DNA of 64,000 nucleotides from the NCBI RefSeq assembly GCF_009914755.1, contig NC_060937.1. One strand, 5' to 3'. The stretch is from the human T2T-CHM13v2.0 reference genome, Homo sapiens. The translations under genes and the position numbers were made by a program. This document shows positions 27,527-41,095 of the stretch, one piece after another (the stretch's first letter is position 1; every line of letters begins with the position of its first letter). The notes under the pieces were generated by a model. It made no database searches. It was not told where the DNA came from and saw only the letters and a list, made by a program, of their open reading frames with translations.

Positions 27527-27546
27527 TGTGTGTGTGTGTGTGTGTG
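27527..27546. repeat. (TG)n microsatellite
   Basis: About 10 TG units seen directly. Confidence 0.9.
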
Positions 27547-27549
27547 TCA

Positions 27550-27935
<386 letters not shown>

Positions 27936-28883
27936 TTTTTTTAAAAAAGCAGATTTAGGTAATCATTTTTATTGACTGTATAGAATTTCCCTGAATAGAT
28001 GCTCCAAAACTTTCTAAAACAATTTCATAGTTTTTCAGGTGGCTTCCAGGTTTTCATCATTATTCAAAAAACACAATTACATCATCTACAAATGAAATAT
28101 CAACCACTGTCAGTATATATTCATCATAAATTTCTCAATCTTATTTAAGAAATTTTTACCAACTCTGAGGTCACAAAGATGGTCTCCTAAAATTTTGTAA
28201 TTTTGCCTTTCACATTTGTCTTTAATCTACTTGTAATTGATTTTGGGGTACAAATTTTGTTCTTTAAGTGCCTCTTTTTGGCAATTTAAGTAATTTTAAG
28301 TAAATAGTATAACTTTGATCCCATACACATTCAAAACTGGCTGTCTTTGCCTCTTACTTTAACAATAGTTTAATTGAATATAGCATTTTCATGTCAAAAT
28401 CCTTTTACCTCAGAGCTCTAGTTAAAATATTTTGTAACATTTAACGTTGCAGGTCAGAAGTCCAAAGAAAATCAAATTTTTTACTATTCAGGTAAGCTGG
28501 TTTTTCTGTTGGCATGCTTATGAACATTATCCCTTGAAAATTACTCACTGGAAAAAGATTTTCACTAAATCCAGGTATTTTCAAAAAATCTTTTCCAGCA
28601 CTAAATGGACTGTTTCAATCTGAAACTTCAAACTTTTTACTCAATTTCTTCTATTTTCATTTCAAAACTTTTCCTTATGACCCAAGTCTCTGCAGTTCTC
28701 TTTATTACACAGTTACTGTATCTCTTGGATCTCTCCTCCATGTTAGATGTCTCTGTCATTTCCATTTTTCCTGCTTTTCCAGGATCTTAAATCTGTCTTT
28801 ATATTCAGTAATTTTTAAAGTAGTACTCATTTTGCTAATTCTAAATTTGGCAATCTCGTTGTTCTGCTATTTTTTGATTTCTT

Positions 28884-29140
28884 CTTTTTTTTGGAGACAG
28901 TGTCTCGCTCTGTTGCCCAGGCTGGAGTGCAGTGGCACAATCATGGCTCACTGCAGCCTCGACCCCCAGGGCTCCAGTGATCCCCATGCCTCAGCCCTCT
29001 GAGTAGCTAGGAGTATAGGTGCATACCACCACAACTGGCTAAATTTCATATTTTTGTAGAGACAGGGTTTTATCACGTTATCCAGGCTGGTCTCAAACTC
29101 TTGGGCTCAAGTGATCTGTCCACCTCAGACCACTGCATCT
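28884..29140 (-). mobile_element. AluJ
   Basis: gcacaatcatggctcactgcagcctcgacc J-type motif. Confidence 0.85.
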
Positions 29141-29197
29141 GTCCTATTCTATGATTTTCCATTTGAACTCTTTTCTCTTTTAAAATATTGTTGTTCA

Positions 29198-29486
29198 GGC
29201 TGGGCGACGTGGCTCATACCTGTAATCCCAGCACTTTGAAAGGCCAAGGTGGGCGGATCGTGAGGCGGTCAGGAGTTCGAGACCAGCATGACCAACATGG
29301 TGAAACCCCGCCTCTACTAAAAATACAAAAATTAGCCAGGTGTGGTGGCGCACGCCTGTAATCCCAGCTACTCAGGAGGCTGAGGCAGAAGAACCGCTTG
29401 AACCCAGGAGGCAGATGTTGCAGTGAGCTGACTGCACACCAGCCTGGGTGACAGAGTGGGACTCTGTCCCAAAAAAAAAAAAAAAA
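29198..29486 (+). mobile_element. AluS-type element
   Basis: Full dimer with A tail; flanked by GTTGTTCA repeats. Confidence 0.9.
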
Positions 29487-29494
29487 GTTGTTCA

Positions 29495-29763
29495 ACCTGG
29501 CACCAACCAGATCGATAAACTGGCTCATCTGATCTTGTAGCCCCCACCAAGGAACTGACTCAGCACAAGAAGACAGCTTCGACTCCCTCGGATTTCATCT
29601 CTGACTTGACCAGTCAGCACTCCTGGCTTACTGGCTTCCCCCAGTCTCCCTGCTGCCCCGCCACCAAGTTGTCCTCTAAAACTCTGATCCCCAAATGCTC
29701 AGGGAGATTGATTAATAAAACTCCAGTCTCCTGCAAAAATATAAAATAAAATAAAATAAAATA
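29495..29763 (+). mobile_element. LTR8-like (ERV1) fragment ending at its polyA site, with an A-rich tail
   Basis: cagatcgataaactggctcatctgatcttg...ggaactgactcagc...AATAAA(29714)actccagtctcctgc then (TAAAA)n. Confidence 0.8.
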
Positions 29764-30520
29764 AAAATATAGTTGTTCACAGTTTTTTTCCCATAATCAA
29801 CTGCTTTTGTCTTCTAAATACAATATCCTCACAAATTGCACTAAACTTATAAATGAATTTATAATTTAAGTTTGTTCCTGTTTACTGTATTAACGTTTCT
29901 GTGTAAGCCATCTGCTCAGAGTGTTCAGTCTGGTACTAGGTTTGCAAGTAACCCTTTTCATACATCTGGTGAGTTTTCACTATCTACTAATCTCACTATC
30001 TACTGATATTTATAAATGAAGACCTAAGCCTAAAATCCTAGAACTTATTTCCTATCATGCTGAATTCTCAGAATTCTCAAGTCCCAAGAGTTCTTAGCCA
30101 TATATATATATGAGATAGTATCTACCTCAAAATTGCTGGCAATATTTTAAAAGCACTTGACTCATAGCATTGAGAAAATGTAGCTCTCTTAGTCCTCATC
30201 CCTATGTCTTATTATCACTCATAGCGTTAACCATGTAAACAAGTAGGAAATTACTAAAATATGACGACTAAATCTAGTTTTCATCCTTGTCTTCTGCCAA
30301 CAACTATATTAGCCACATATCTCATTGCATATTCATGAGATGACTCAATCTTCTTATGCACCCTAACAGATATGTGATAAATATCTGTATTTCTGGATAC
30401 TTTTCTACTTTAAAGATAAAAACGGATCAATAATTAGCATCTGTATCAAAATTATCTTTTAAAATTTCATGATTAAACAACAAAGGAATTCTTGACACAA
30501 ACTATTTTTACATTATCACC

Positions 30521-30966
30521 TGTGACAGAGACTAGCAGGGGGTTTACCAAACTTTTCTTCTGAGCACAGTGGTAAACCATACTATCTACACTTTCTTGAA
30601 ATTAAGCATGGCCAAGTGACCAAGACCTGGCCAAAGGAACGTGAGTGGAAATGATGTATACCACCTCCAGGCCCAAATTTCAAAGGGCTCTCATATGCCA
30701 GGCAATTGTAAACTATAGAGCTAAATAACTGCAATACTCAATTTCCGTTTTTCTTTGTACATCCCGTTCTTTGGTTTCCTTGAAAACCCAAGAAAGTGGA
30801 ATCATGGTCAGAAGGAGCCTGGGTTACTCAATCTCCATATATAGGACAGCCATCTGTCAATCAGAAACACTCATTTTGACTTTACGTGAGAAATAACCTT
30901 CTGTTGTGTTAAACCACCGACATTTTGGGACTTGGCTATAATCACAATCTGGACTATTCTAATATA
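30521..30966 (+). mobile_element. MLT1 (old MaLR) LTR
   Basis: tgtgacagag start; tggccaaaggaacgtgagtggaaatgatgt; gagaaataaccttctgttgtgttaaacc. Confidence 0.7.
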
Positions 30967-33733
30967 CTTACTAAAGTACAGCATTTCTTCACATTACCAT
31001 CAAAATTATATGTGGTTAGAAAACACAATTACGTTACAGTGCTTTCCAACTGAAGAGGCCAAAACTGGTTTTGTGTATTCTGAAATCACCAAGATCTTCA
31101 ACATTTAAAAAGTCAACTAATTGTTGTTTCAGTGGCACAGAGCCTACTTCAGACTTGTGGCAAAGAGCCCACCTGTTTACTTTTATCAGTTTTTAATCTT
31201 TTCTCTCTCTCTTCAAAACTATTGTTTTAGATTAGCTTTTGACATACTTAATATTCTCTGTACAAAGAGCTATAAAGAAAAATTCACCTAATAAAAACTA
31301 AGATTAAAAGTGCAGATGGACAGAATAGGTAATATATTTATGATTTTAGATTATACCATATCTCATATATCAGGACAAATCTTACTATCAGACTATATCT
31401 CAAAATAAATGTCAAACAAAGAAAAATGCCAGCTTTCAGGGAAAAGTGTAAGTTTTAATTTGTCAGTAATTATATCTTTCCATTCAATATGATAACCTAG
31501 TAAGACCACCAAGAAATTTGTTTACCTGATTATCACACCTCAGTTGGCTGACACTGGTTAAAATACTCCACTGAGTTTTAACTGAAATTCTAATCCTTAC
31601 ATGTGCTTAGTATGTTCTGAGTTGATAGTATGATCCAGCAATAAAATTAAAAGATGATTACTTGACACACTCTAGGAAATGTAAACTGCATAAATGTTAT
31701 ACTCCAAAAAAAAAAAAAGAAAAGAAATGCTATACTCAATTAAATGTTTTCTTTGTATTTTTAATATACTGTTTTTCCAGGTCCTTTTGCTTTTATTATT
31801 AAATTAACGGTGCATCGTAAAGTCAACAACATAGTAGAATATAAGAAATACAGTAATTAAACCAGTGTGAATGATTATTCATGACAAATATTTATAATAG
31901 GATGTGTTACTAATAAAGAAGCAAAAGAGATTGTATGTAAAAGATGAAACTAACCCTTTGTCTAAATAGTTATCAAAACTTTCTATGAAAAGATTAAGTT
32001 TCAAATATTCTATAAACAGAACAGATAAGACAAGGAAGAAAGGGTATTTCTAGTATGCAGTTTATTGGGGAAATGAATAGAATTGAGGGAAAGTTACATA
32101 GCTGGTTAGCCAAGAGGATAAGAGCAAGTGAAGTGGAGCGTATCACTCTCTGTTCATTCAACTTCTTCAATATACCTTTGCAATATTTACTCAATTGCAT
32201 GAACAAAGGATAGGATCAACTCAACTTTACTGAGCGCCTTATTAAAATGCAAAGTTCTATGCCAAGTAGGCAATATGAGGGAGAGGATCAACTCAACTTT
32301 ACTAAGTGCCTTATTACAATGCAAAGTTCTATGTCAAGTAGGCACTATGAGAAGACAGAACTATGAATAACCAAGATCCCAATCTTCAAGGAGCTTAAAT
32401 TTAATAAAGGTTATAAAACATAAGTCACAGCTGAAATATAATGCAACAGGCAATTATTATCAACATGGAGGTATAAGCAAAATCTGATAGGTACCTAAAG
32501 GGAACAGAACTTATGTTCCATAAAGAGAAATGGGAAAACTTAAAATTTGAGCTAGAGATTGAAGAATTGAGATAGAAGGGGGTAGATAGGAGGAAGCTGG
32601 ACAAAAACTACTGACAAGAAAGAAAAGACCAAAGTGTAAATGTCATTCTAAGGAATCTGAATTTCATTCTACAGAATGAAAAACCACTGAGTTTTTCAAT
32701 GGTATAATAAATTAATTGGAATTGTCCTTTTAAGATTTCTCTGACAGCATCTACAAAATAAATGGGTTGAGGTAGCTGAATGAAAATGTTCACCTGTGTG
32801 GGTGGTGGGTAGAAACTACATAAAGTCAATATAGTTAGTGATATAATAATCTAGGCAAAAAGTTAAGTAGAGTCTGAAATAGGGTTAGTTTCTAGGAACT
32901 AGAAGGAGGGAGATAAATATGAGTTTCATTACAGGTTCAAATAGACAGGGCTTGTTAACTGATTAAATCTTAGGTAGAAGATATTTTTAGTTCATTTTTT
33001 TTAAGATAAAATTAGGGTATGGACTTTAATTAAAATAAAATATAAATAGTTCAGAGTGACCTTAAATGAAAATGTATCTTCTCCTTATTCTTAGTCCCTG
33101 AATATAATCATTTCTATTTTTACTTCTTCAACTGGCTTCTACAGTAATTCTAAGTTATAAAGAATTCAATCTCTTGATAATATATACTGAAAGACAAAAA
33201 TTTTTTGTGTATAATTTGTAGCAGTTTAAAAATCGGAAACAACATAAATGTTCCACAGAAAAGCAGACAAATTTATAATATAAATACTAAGATGAATGAA
33301 CTAAGGTTATATGTATCAATATAAACATAAAAAATGTTGAGTGAAAAAGCAATGTGCAGAAGGTTATGATATATCCCTATTACAATAGATGAAAGCAATA
33401 CTATACATTGCAGAACACATATTAGTTAAAGTATAAACACATGCACAAGTATCATAAACACCAGATTTAAGAGAGGAACAGGAAATGTATCTTGTATTTT
33501 TATTTCTTAAAAAATAAAAAGCTCTGAAGCATATGTGGATGTTACACAGATGTTTGTTTTATTGTTCTCTATAATTGTCTTTTTAATTGAAACATTTCAA
33601 ATTTCTTTTTAGAACAAAAAAGCTTACATTAAATATAAAATGTACTAAAAGTACCCTTTTATAACCTACTAATTCTTTTTAGTATCACTTCAGAAAAAGC
33701 TATTTTCTCGATACTATTTATCACCCTACTGAC

Positions 33734-33891
33734 CTCTGCTGGTCCAACAGGGGAGAAGATACTGCAGATGTCTTCCTATCTTTCTTGCTAGCTGAAGACG
33801 ACTTCGGGCTTGATTTTCGCTTCGGAGATTTGCTAGACTTTCTTAGAGAAGGTGACGGGGACAATTTTGATCTAACCACTTCTGGTGAAAC
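33734..33891 (-). CDS. ZC3H13: ZC3H13 coding exon (158 nt; VSPEVVRSKLSPSPSLRKSSKSPKRK...SPLLDQQ)
   Basis: Acceptor tttttaaag|GTT, donor AG|gtcagt; phase 0 to 2; SP/K-rich open frame. Confidence 0.95.
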
Positions 33892-34000
33892 CTTTAAAAA
33901 AATTCAGTAAGTCAATTCAGAAATTCCTCCACTTATGGTACAACAAGACTTACAGTATTTTAGAATCACACCAAACTTCAGATTAAAATTAAATATTATT

Positions 34001-34310
34001 GCCGGGTGCAGTGGTTCACACCTGTAATCCCAGTTTCTCGAGAGGCTGAGGTGAAAGGATTGCTTGAGGTGAGGAGTTTGAGATCAGCCTGGATAACATA
34101 AAAAAAACCCTATCTCTTATACAAAAAAAAAAAAGCCAGGCATGGAAGGTGCCTATGGTCTCAGCTATTAGGGAGGCTGAGATGGGAGGATCCCTTGAGC
34201 CCAGGAGTTCAAGGCTGCAGTGAGTGCCACTGCACTCCAGCCTGGGTAATAGAGAAAGATCTCATCCCTACAAAAAAAGTTTGAAATAAAAATAAAAATA
34301 ATAAAATTAT
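34001..34310 (+). mobile_element. AluJ, about 110 nt from the acceptor of exon 33734-33891
   Basis: ggatcccttgagcccaggagttcaaggctgcagtgag. Confidence 0.88.
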
Positions 34311-34800
34311 AATAACCACTATCTGTTGATATTAGTCTGACTCCTGAATCCATGATTTTAAGCAATATAACTGTCCTAACATATACCAGTTTCAATAAAG
34401 TAAATTAAAATCATAAAATTTCAAAATCTCCTCAGAAAAATCATAAATTATATTTAAATTAACTGTATCTTCACTTTTTAGAAAAGAAACAAGGCATTCT
34501 AGAAATAGCATGGGCCTGAAACAGACATAGGCAGATTCAAACCCCATGTTACATTAGCTGGTGACTCTAGGCAACAAACTCTTAGCTTTGCTCACCTATT
34601 CAATAACATAAATATTTGCTACTTATCTAATAGAATAATGTGAAAATTAAATGAATATATATGGAGTAGTACATATACAGTGGGTTGATCAATATATCAG
34701 TATACTAATATAATTTAAGATGTAGCAAGAAGCTGAGTTATCTGATCAATACAAATGCTGCTATTAAGTACTAACATATTTATTGCAATAAATAGCATAC

Positions 34801-34940
34801 CTCCTTTTTAATGATAATTTCTTCTCTCTTCTCCATGTTTTCTTGTTCCAGCTTCATTAATTCCCTCTGTATCTTCTGACGCTTCATTTCCAATGACAAT
34901 TCATGAACATAATCATAATTAATATCTCCATTGTCAGAAT
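34801..34940 (-). CDS. ZC3H13: ZC3H13 coding exon (140 nt; (D)SDNGDINYDYVHELSLEMKRQKIQRELMKLEQENMEKREEIIIKKE, coiled-coil-like)
   Basis: Acceptor ttttaaag|AT, donor GAG|gtatgc; phase 1 to 0; open frame. Confidence 0.95.
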
Positions 34941-36519
34941 CTTTAAAATAAAATTGCATTACTGTTAGAAACTAGCATAATTATCTATGCCAAAAATCAT
35001 ACAGACTTTTTTCAACTAATTTCTTACACAAATCTAAATAGCAGAGTCTTTCATCAGGATCACATACTTCTAAAAGATAAAAGAAATAGATACCATTTCT
35101 ATAAAGGATTAAAATCACCATGGTTGATTTCTTCATGAAAAGCCAAATATTTTGGAAGTTTCTGGGTTTTCTGGAAACAATTTTGGGTTGTTTGGAAGTT
35201 GGGTTTTTTGTTAGGAGATGGAATTTTAAAAGACAAAATGCACTCAGCTGAATTTCTAAGCCTTAAAGATACCAAAGCCTTCAATATTTCATGCTGTATA
35301 CGATGCGACTCATTATCTCCTTGATTTTCCTAAAGATACGCTACTAAAATACATCATACAAAGTGAGGTTATATTACGTGTGCAACATTGCTTCCATAGG
35401 CTTTTCAGTTTTAAAATTTGTGAGACAAATGATTAATATCTAAAACTAAAGTAATTTTAGTACTAATGTGTACATAAACTAATTTTTAAAGGATTTATGA
35501 CATTTTCTTTACAAGTGATTTGTACTATTTCCTTAGATCACAACTGTCCGTCTCAACGGATCTGATGCCATATTTCTATTTCCATTTATATTTTCTGATG
35601 AAAAGCTATGAAGATTGGTTAAAAAATCAAGAGTGGTGTGTAGATCTATTTCATTAAAATACATAGAAGTTGCTGGCACTAGCACCCAAACCCATCACGC
35701 TCATTTGCCATAAATGCCCAGGAGCCTAGAGGTGGGAATTTCATTGACCACGATGGACTTGACTGACCACAAACTGAGGTGCCTTCTCAAGATATACTTC
35801 TAGCACTTTAGATCATATCTTAACCTTGGGAAAAGAAATAAAATGAAGAACTAAAAAAACAACAAACATAAGAAGTCCTACTTGACTGCTTAAAACCCAA
35901 GAAAATGAACATCACTGTTATATATTGCTCAAATGCATTAGAATGACAACTATCCATTCATGCTTGGGGACTGAGAGGGTAACTATATATATTCACTACC
36001 TGTGTGACTAAGCTTGATTACTCATCTTATGTTGGAGTACAATGACAATTTCTCAGTAAATATATGAAATAGGCTAAAGCATGTTTTTCAGTCAGAAAGC
36101 AATTACTAAATATTTAATTAAGGGCAAGTAGTTTTCACTAGATAAAATGAAGACACTGAATTTAATTAAGTGAATACTAGCTATCTCCAGTTATTATTTT
36201 GTACTCTATTGAGATACTTTACATCAGTGAATAATAGGAGTCAATGTTCTGGTTTGATTATGTTCCTAAATTCAATAAAATTCCATAACCAAATACCCAG
36301 GTAAAACAACGGAAAGAGTAGTTAATTGAGAAGAATGATTAACAGTGTTTCTGACGGTACTGTATTATCAGTAAGGCACTGCCAATCTAAAAATTCGCAA
36401 CTGGAAATATCACCAATACAGAACACATAAAAGAAAGAAGAAGCTGGCTTTCAGTTCTCAATTTTCAACTATCCAACCAAGGGGGAGAGGCCTGAGCAGT
36501 TAAAATATATGTGTAAGTC

Positions 36520-36828
<309 letters not shown>

Positions 36829-37548
36829 CTAGTCAATGTAGTAAATATAACTAATATAGTTTGCTCAGAAGAAAAGCTCTCAGGTCTTTATTCTGAAGGT
36901 GCTTATTTTACGCATATAATAAAAACTCAGATATTTTCCTAACCTGTAAGAGATGGACTACAAGATAGGCACATTGCAACTGACAGTATTTTGACAACAA
37001 AAGAAAAAACAGGAAGTACAAAATACAGGATGGAATTCAAAAACAAGAGTCTGAAGCCAGTTAATAAATTTAGAAAATGTCTCTCATGTAGCTTCAGGTT
37101 ATCACTACAATTTTGCCTTATAAAAATTGATTCACATAAATGATTGTTAAGTCATCAGAAAAATATCAAGTATAATTAGAAAGGTATATTTAACAAGGTA
37201 GATATTTTTAAGAATATACAACAGAAAAATATATGCAACACATAAGAAAAGGTTAAGATTCTTTCTATATAAAGAATTCTTACTAATTAACAGAACAGGT
37301 AAAGGACATTACAAGGCAATTCACAAAGAGAAAGAAATGAAGAAAGTATACACATATTTTTTCATGTATTCAGGAGCCATTTTTTCTAATTATAATATTA
37401 ATTGTTGGTAAAGGTACAAATAAAGGACATACTCATTCTCTGGCAGTAGCAATGCAAACTAGTACATCTATCTTGTAAAATTATTTGTCAATATGGGTAA
37501 AAGCCTTAAGAACATCAATACATAACTTTAATTTTAATACAGCAACTT

Positions 37549-37793
37549 TTTTTAAAATTTATTTATTTTACTTTAAGTTCTGGGATACATGTGCTGAATG
37601 TGCAGGTTTGTAACATAGGTATACATGTGCCATGGTGGTTTGTACCTATAGGTACAGGTTGATGTACCTATCAACCTGTCATCTAGGTTTTAAGCCCTGC
37701 ATGCATTAAGTACTTGTCCTAATGCTCTCCCTCCCCTCACCCCCCATCCCCACAACAGGCCCTGGTGTGTGATGTTCCCCTCTCTGTGTTGAT
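37549..37793 (-). mobile_element. Short L1PA (about PA7-8) 3' end
   Basis: actttaagttctgggatacatgtgc...; TSD CAGCAACTT at 37540-37548 and 37794-37802. Confidence 0.85.
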
Positions 37794-39224
37794 CAGCAAC
37801 TTCCAGTAATTTATTGTATAAAAATAATCATAGATATATAAAAGGTTTATGTATAAGGATTAAAAACTATAAATACTTGTGAATTGCCTTGTTACATCAT
37901 GCTAATTATATTTAACCTTTTTCCAATGAGTTAGTATCATTTATGTGTATCAGTTTTTAACCTCAAGCTGTCTGAGACGTTTTCTAAATTCATTAACTGA
38001 TTTCAGACACTTGTTTTTGAATTCCATTCTATATTTTGTACTTTGCCTTTATGATACATTCTCATTGCTAAAGTCTTAAATAATTCTGAATACACAGAGT
38101 AAAATATGAAATTTCCCTTATATTCCTCCTACAGCCATCCTTACTCCAGTGATAACACTGCTAACAGTTTAGTGTCATATGCATGAAAATAATGTTTTAC
38201 ATTTTTCCCTTTAACATTCAACACTGCCCTATAAACAAGATCTTTCCAAGTCATAGAGTTCAACTATCTTCATTTTAACGTCTGCAAAGCATTTCATTAA
38301 TATGATCATACTTTATCGTAGCTTACTTAAAAGAGTTTCCTTCTTAAAGACAGATGAACTGTTTCCAGTATTTTGCTGTTAAAAACAAGACTTATATGAA
38401 CATTTTGATATATACTTTGGTTCAAGTGCAAGTATTTTTCTATGATATTATTTCTCAGACTACATTGCTAGACTGAAAATAAGTATAATTTCTATTTCTA
38501 ATAACACCAAACTGTACTCCAAAACTCCTTTACCAATGTAAACCCCCACTTGAAAACATTAATGTTCTTCATTTCTGCCAAACGAATGGGTGAGTAATCA
38601 TATCTCTTTATTTTCATCAGTATTTCCCTGCAGTAAGATTGAGCATTTATTGGCCAGTTCTATTTCTCCTGTGAGTTACCTATCTGATACATATATATTT
38701 TTACTCATTTTTTAACTAGGCCGTCTTTTTCTTATGTATTTGTAGAAACTCATTATATGTCTATATAGTATCTTTACTAATGCTTACACGTTACACATGT
38801 CAAGTATTTTCTTTTACCATTTCATCTGTTTTTAACTTCTGCATTTAGTTACACAGAAACTCCTAGTTTTATGTAATCAAATGTTTGTGGCTTCTGGGTT
38901 TTATGCCCTATTTAAGGAGGATGTACTAACCTCCAAGATTACCAAAATATTTTCACACATTCTACTGCAATGATACTTTTACTTTTTATGTTACTTCATT
39001 GGTCCTTAAGAACACATGATGAACAAATACAAGAAGTTTAAGGAACCAAATAAAAACCACAGACTTCGGAGTGGGGCCTGGAAATACAAAGAGTAACCAG
39101 ATAATCAAAAGTTTTATAGGCGTAGTTAGAATTTGTACTTGCTCCTGAAGGCAATGGGAAATTAGGGAATTTGAAACAGGAAAATAAAATGAACATTCAA
39201 TTTATTCTTTTAAAAGACTGTTCT

Positions 39225-40135
39225 GCAACTCATAGAGTGGGAGAAAACACTAACAATATATTTATATATCTGATAAAAATCTCATATCCAGAAAACATAA
39301 AGAATTCCTCTAATTAACAAGAAAAAAAAAACAGGTAACACAATAGCAGAACGGCAGACATTTGGAACAGACACTTCACAAAATAGGGTGTACAATGGTC
39401 AGTGAACATGTGAAAAAGTTTTCAACTTCATTAGGAGAATGCAAACTAAAACCACAGTAAGATACTACTACAAAATTTTAGAACAGCTATGATGAAAAAG
39501 GCAAAAACACCGTATGGTTAACTGGAACAACCATTTTTGATCTGAAATTATCTACTAAAGAGGAACACATTCACACTCCACAGCCCAGCAATTCCACTTC
39601 GAACCATAAACTCAAGAGAAATTGATATGTGTCTGTACATGTTTACCAAAAAATATGTTTAAGAATAGTAATAGCACCTTATTATGCATAATAGCACCAA
39701 ACTGGGAATTACTTGAATGTTCATCAACAGTAGACTAAATTATGGCATATTCATACAATAAAACACTATATAGCAATAAGAATGATGCAATAACAATTAA
39801 TGAATGATATGTGAAATAAAGTACAATCTCAGATAATACTGTTAACAAAAGAAGCTAGGCACAAAAAGAGTACATGCTGTCAATTCCATTTATATGGAGC
39901 TCAAACACACAAAACTAATCAATGGTGCTAGAAATCAGGACAGTAGTTACCTTTGAGGGGTGAGGGTAGGGAGGAGTGACTAGAAGAAAACACAAGGGGA
40001 CTATGGGAAACTAGTAATTTCCTACTTACTGATTTGAGTGGTTTTACAAATGTGTTCAGTCTGTGAACATCCAATGGGTTGGACACATGTATTGTGCATT
40101 CCTCTGAACGTATAGTATACTTCAGTAGAAAAACT
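39225..40135 (+). mobile_element. Old L1ME/MC 3' fragment
   Basis: aacagacacttcacaaaa, gaatgcaaactaaaaccaca, cagcccagcaattccactt motifs. Confidence 0.7.
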
Positions 40136-40611
40136 TTGTAAGAAAGATTATTCTTGCTTTAAAGTGGGGGATTAATTAGGAGACAAGACTATAAGCAAGG
40201 GATGGGATTAGGAGGTTATTTTGGTAAAATCTATTTATAGGCAATAAATAAATACCTTAAGAACTAGAATATTAGTAGTATATCAAGAGAAACAGATGGT
40301 TTTCAATGGTATTGGGTACATAAAAATATCTATCTGGTAATGCCTGGGTGGAGGGAAAGAAGTGTCAGTGATGACTCTCAGGACTGTTGGTATCTGGTAG
40401 GAAAAGTGATGCCCTTAAGATACATAACTCAGATGGAGATGCCCAGTTGGTCAATGCTAAATTGAGAGCTCCAGATTTTGGAGTCACTACACGTACGACG
40501 TTAATGAAGCACTGGGTGCATGATTTCATCTAGAAGGAAAAATTGAAAGTGAGAAAAGAAGATGGCTAGGTAACAGGAAAACAACCAAGTTTTAAAAGCT
40601 GTTCTTACAGA

Positions 40612-41095
40612 CAAGTGATTCTCAGAGAGTGGTCTGAGGATACCTAGGAGGTCCCTGAGACAATTTCAGGAGTTCTACAAAATCAGACTATTTCTATAAC
40701 ACTACATTGTTTGCCTGGTGTACTCATTCTCCCATGAGTAGATAGTGGAGTTTCCCAGAATATGTGATGTGGTTAACAGGTGGAATGTAGAAGCAGGTAA
40801 GAAAATCTACCTATCAACTATTAAGCCAGATATTAAAACAATTTGCAAAATGATGCAAAACACTGCCACCTCCTCACAATTATTATTTTTTGCTTTGCAA
40901 AATAGTTATTTTTCATAAAAGCATATAATGGATTTTTATATGTCATTGTTAAATGAATGAATACATAAATATTAAAAAATTTTCTCAGGTTCATAATATG
41001 GCAGTTATGGAAACATAAAATACACAAGGATAAAAGTTATTTGGGGGTTCTGAAAAAGCATATAAAAGTGGCCTAAAAACCAGAAAGTTTATAAA
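40612..41095. mobile_element. hAT-Charlie element (Charlie4a-like)
   Basis: gtgattctcagagagtggtc...ggtccctgagac...attaagccagatattaaa. Confidence 0.55.
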
